From NCBI GenBank assembly GCA_052390035.1, contig JBQTHI010000007.1:8430-72429 (forward strand): a stretch of 64,000 bases of DNA, given 5' to 3'. Below, piece after piece: positions 61,228-64,000 of the stretch (positions are counted from its first letter, which is position 1; each line of letters opens with the position of its first letter). Origin of the DNA: Actinomycetota bacterium. Its GTDB lineage: Bacteria > Actinomycetota > Acidimicrobiia > Spongiisociales > ZC4RG35. The position numbers and the translations under genes were made by a program. The notes under the pieces are model-generated. The model did not search any database. It was not told the origin of the DNA and saw only the letters and a program-made list of their open reading frames with translations.

Positions 61228-61413
61228 GTGACCCCGGTCCAGCCCTACGCCGCGCGCAAACCCTACGTCTGCCCCGGCTGCCAGGCGACCATTCCCCCGG
61301 GCGTCTACCACGTTGTCGTCGTTCCCGACGAGCAGCCCGATGACCGTCGCCACTGGCATCACGGCTGCTGGCACAAAGAGCTCAGACGAAGGTTTGGCCG
61401 CCGAGCGGTTTAG
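61228..61413 (+). CDS. Small Cys/His-rich hypothetical protein (putative zinc-binding), 61 aa from GTG (68 aa if from the ATG at 61207)
   Basis: ...KPYVCPGCQATIPPGVYHVVVVPDEQPDDRRHWHHGCWHKELRRRF: CPGC...HHGC arrangement suggestive of a zinc ribbon/knuckle. Convergent with the ABC-2 permease, overlapping it by 4 nt. Confidence 0.35.
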   Translation: MTPVQPYAARKPYVCPGCQATIPPGVYHVVVVPDEQPDDRRHWHHGCWHKELRRRFGRRAV

Positions 61414-62171
61414 GCGTCGCGAACCTGCAAGCCGGCCCAAGCAACCAACGTTGCTCCGATGGTCCATGCGAGCACGATGGCCAGGGCGCGGGAGAAGGCT
61501 GGGGTGTCTCCCAGCACCTCACCAAACCCACCAAAACTGATCGGTCCGAGGAGCGCCGAGCTGTGTAAGGAGAGTGATACCGTCCGCCACCCTCCCCAGA
61601 GAACCAGGATGCCCTCGGCGAACGTGAAGGCGATGGCGGCGCCGACGGCCGGACCAACCGAGCGCAACCACGCCGAGAACCCCAGACCTAACGCCACCCA
61701 GGTCAGCTCGATGAGCAGCGCCTTCCAGCCGATCGACACCCATTCCGAAACCCTGATGGAACCGGTGCCGTCGGCCCATAGGAACGTGGCGAGGGTGAAC
61801 CCACCCACCGCCACGAGGGTGGCGAGCCAGGCCGCCAAAGTGGTAGTTGCCAGCCGGGCAACGAGGTGCTGCCAACGCCGGCTGTTGCGGGTGAGCGTGG
61901 TCGCCCATGCCGAGGTGGCGAGCTCCCCGGCGAGCGCCATCGCCGCCAGGATCAACGGGAACCAGGTCTGATCGATCACCTGCTGGGCTCCAAACAAATA
62001 GGCGCCCGGCTTGGTGATCGAGGGAGGTCCTTCCCCGGGAGGGAGGACCCTCGGCAGGACGAAGAAAACGCCTGCAAGGAGAGCCGTCAAGGCCAGGAGG
62101 ACGATGAACATCACCCAGTAGGTCCGCCGCTTGAACATCTTGATGATCTCGGCCCTCATCACGCCGATCAT
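61410..62171 (-). CDS. ABC-2-type transporter permease
   Basis: Six hydrophobic helices, 253 aa; translationally coupled to the upstream ATPase (4-nt overlap). Confidence 0.75.
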   Translation of the reverse strand: MIGVMRAEIIKMFKRRTYWVMFIVLLALTALLAGVFFVLPRVLPPGEGPPSITKPGAYLFGAQQVIDQTWFPLILAAMALAGELATSAWATTLTRNSRRWQHLVARLATTTLAAWLATLVAVGGFTLATFLWADGTGSIRVSEWVSIGWKALLIELTWVALGLGFSAWLRSVGPAVGAAIAFTFAEGILVLWGGWRTVSLSLHSSALLGPISFGGFGEVLGDTPAFSRALAIVLAWTIGATLVAWAGLQVRDA

Positions 62172-63076
62172 GGGGCACCCTCGGTGAGCGACAGGAAGAC
62201 TTCCTCCAGGCGACCGGAACGCCGGACCAGCACCGATGGGTATAGTTCCGCCGCCGCCAGCGTCCGCGAGATGGCGGATCCGTCGTCGCTTGTGACGATC
62301 AGCCCCCCGTCTTCGACGGTCGATCCGATGCCGGCGGTGCCCAGAGCTCTGGCCGCCGCCTCCAGATCGGAGATCTCGACTCGATACCCCGTCCGGTAAC
62401 CACCCAGCAGGTCGGATAGCTGCCCGGCGGCGACCAGCCGGCCCCGGTTGATGACGACTACGTGGTCTGCCATTGCCTCGACGTCGCTGAGGTTGTGGGA
62501 CGACACCACGACGGTCCTGCCGGCAGCCGCCATCTGGCGAAGGTTGGCTTTGATCTGGGCCTGGCCGGCAGGATCAAGACCATCGAGCGGCTCGTCGAGC
62601 AACAGCAGCTCGGGGTCGCCGAGGAGGGCCGCGGCGAGCGCCAGCCGCTGGCGCATCCCTTTCGAATAGCCGTCGATACGCCTACCGGCGTCCGCGCTCA
62701 AACCGACCAAAGCCAGCAACTCTTCAATCTGGGATGTTCCGCGGCCGAGAGTGAGGGCGGCCACCCGGAGGTTTTCACGCCCGTTGAGCCCTTTGATGAG
62801 ACCAGGCTCCTCGACGATGGCGCCGATCCGCTTGACCAGCGTCGCCAACCCGGTTGCCACCGACTGGCCCAATATCGTCATTGAGCCGGCGTCGGGTTTG
62901 GTGAGGCCGAGGAGCGACCGGAAGGTCGTTGTCTTGCCAGCACCGTTCGGACCGAGGAATCCGGTGACCCGACCAACCGGAACCGAGAAGTCGAGACCGT
63001 CGAGGGCGACGGTCTTCCCGTATTGTTTACGCAGGCCCTGGACGGCGATTGCATCCATTGCGGTCACGGTAGCCAC
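62168..63076 (-). CDS. ABC transporter ATP-binding protein (partner of the ABC-2 permease)
   Basis: Walker A GPNGAGKTT, signature YSKGMRQRLALAAAL, Walker B LLLDEPLDGLD, H-loop SSHNL. Confidence 0.88.
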   Translation of the reverse strand: MATVTAMDAIAVQGLRKQYGKTVALDGLDFSVPVGRVTGFLGPNGAGKTTTFRSLLGLTKPDAGSMTILGQSVATGLATLVKRIGAIVEEPGLIKGLNGRENLRVAALTLGRGTSQIEELLALVGLSADAGRRIDGYSKGMRQRLALAAALLGDPELLLLDEPLDGLDPAGQAQIKANLRQMAAAGRTVVVSSHNLSDVEAMADHVVVINRGRLVAAGQLSDLLGGYRTGYRVEISDLEAAARALGTAGIGSTVEDGGLIVTSDDGSAISRTLAAAELYPSVLVRRSGRLEEVFLSLTEGAP

Positions 63077-63430
63077 TCAAGCGGCGCCGCCTATCCAGTG
63101 AAGATCGACCCCGGTGGTTGAGAAACGGACGGCGACCAGATCCACCCTGGTGTATCCGGCGGTGACGGCCACCGACCTGACCTGCTGTTGCTTGCGGTAG
63201 TCGAAGGCGTCGAGCGGATGGGTATGGAAGGGGCCCGCCCGGGTTGACCGGACCTCGACGGCCATGGTCGAGCCGGCGTAGGCGCCGACGATGTCGATCT
63301 CGCCTGCGGTGACTCGGCGGTTGCGGGCCAAGATCTCGACGCCAGCTCTGCTTAAAAGGTCTGCCGCCAGAGCCTCGGCCAGCGAACCCAGCTTCGCGGT
63401 GGACAACGACTGGCAGAGTTCCCAGCTCAA
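63077..63430 (-). CDS. YraN-family (UPF0102) predicted endonuclease
   Basis: 117 aa; GSLAEALAADLLSRAGVEILARNRRVTAGEIDIVGAY...MAVEVRSTR matches the UPF0102 pattern; conserved position upstream of comM. Confidence 0.8.
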   Translation of the reverse strand: MSWELCQSLSTAKLGSLAEALAADLLSRAGVEILARNRRVTAGEIDIVGAYAGSTMAVEVRSTRAGPFHTHPLDAFDYRKQQQVRSVAVTAGYTRVDLVAVRFSTTGVDLHWIGGAA

Positions 63431-63459
63431 TACCCCTCCTTGGTCGGATGAGCTCCTGT

Positions 63460-64000
63460 CTACCCGACTGCTGGGACCGAATCGACCGCACCAAAGCGGT
63501 CAAATGGCCAGATACGAACAACGGCCTCACCCAAGATGTGATCGATTCGAATCGGCCCAAAACGCCGGCTGTCATAGCTGACCAGGCGATTGTCTCCCAT
63601 CACGAATACGGATCCGGCCGGCACCACTTCGGGCCCGTAGTCCGCCATGGTGCTCTGTTCGAGCAGATACGGTTCGGGTACGACAGTGCCGTTGAGGTAC
63701 AGGGATCCATCCAATATCTCAACCTCGTCACCCGCGATGGCGACAACCCGCTTGATCAGATCGTCGGCGGATGCGGTCCGGATACCTACCGCCTCGAGGA
63801 TATGCCGGAGGACAGCCTCGGGAAAGGTCTCGGTATCGATCTCGTTGTTGAAAGGCGAGACGAACACGACGATGTCGCCCCGTTGAGGCTCACCGAGCTG
63901 GTAATTGAGCTTGGAGACCATTACCCGGTCGTTGATCTCGATGGTGGGAAGCATCGACTCGGTTGGGATGAAGAACGGCTGGATCAAGAAGGTTTTGATG
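63460..64000 (-). CDS. lepB: Signal peptidase I (N-terminus lies beyond the window end)
   Basis: Catalytic Ser box TESMLPT, Lys box KRVVAIAGDEV, GDNRLVSYDSR box; the ORF is truncated at the window edge. Confidence 0.8.
   Translation of the reverse strand, partial: IKTFLIQPFFIPTESMLPTIEINDRVMVSKLNYQLGEPQRGDIVVFVSPFNNEIDTETFPEAVLRHILEAVGIRTASADDLIKRVVAIAGDEVEILDGSLYLNGTVVPEPYLLEQSTMADYGPEVVPAGSVFVMGDNRLVSYDSRRFGPIRIDHILGEAVVRIWPFDRFGAVDSVPAVG

Noticed and set aside
61410-63076. ABC-2 exporter operon as a bacteriocin/RiPP export system, with the small Cys/His ORF as precursor
   Set aside because: The small ORFs are on the opposite strand (convergent), not upstream in the same operon, and no modification enzymes are adjacent. 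The association was kept only as a low-confidence note.

Overview
High-GC, actinobacterial-type chromosomal segment that is densely coded and mostly housekeeping, with no CRISPR array, rRNA/tRNA gene or obvious mobile element found. Three conserved blocks dominate: (i) rimP-nusA-infB-DUF503-rbfA-nrnA-truB-ribF-rpsO-pnp on the minus strand; (ii) rpsB-tsf-pyrH-frr-cdsA-dxr-rseP-ispG-proS; (iii) whiG-like sigma factor, xerC, dprA, comM, then yraN and lepB. The more distinctive content is: an SOS mutasome split across two loci (dnaE2 at 7.3-10.6 kb; imuA'-imuB at 20.2-22.2 kb), each with a near-perfect actinobacterial LexA box 13 nt upstream of the start codon; a type II dehydroquinase (AroQ) fused in frame to an alpha/beta-hydrolase domain; a translationally coupled trio of unknown protein, SAM methyltransferase and fumarylacetoacetase; a proton-pumping pyrophosphatase; dodecin; an F420-related set (CofG/FbiC N-domain, PPOX-like F420 enzyme, flavin reductase); and in-frame tandem microsatellite-like repeats encoding low-complexity C-terminal tails on both PNPase and NusA. 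Many long ORFs in the six-frame track are GC-rich shadow frames overlapping real genes and were not called.
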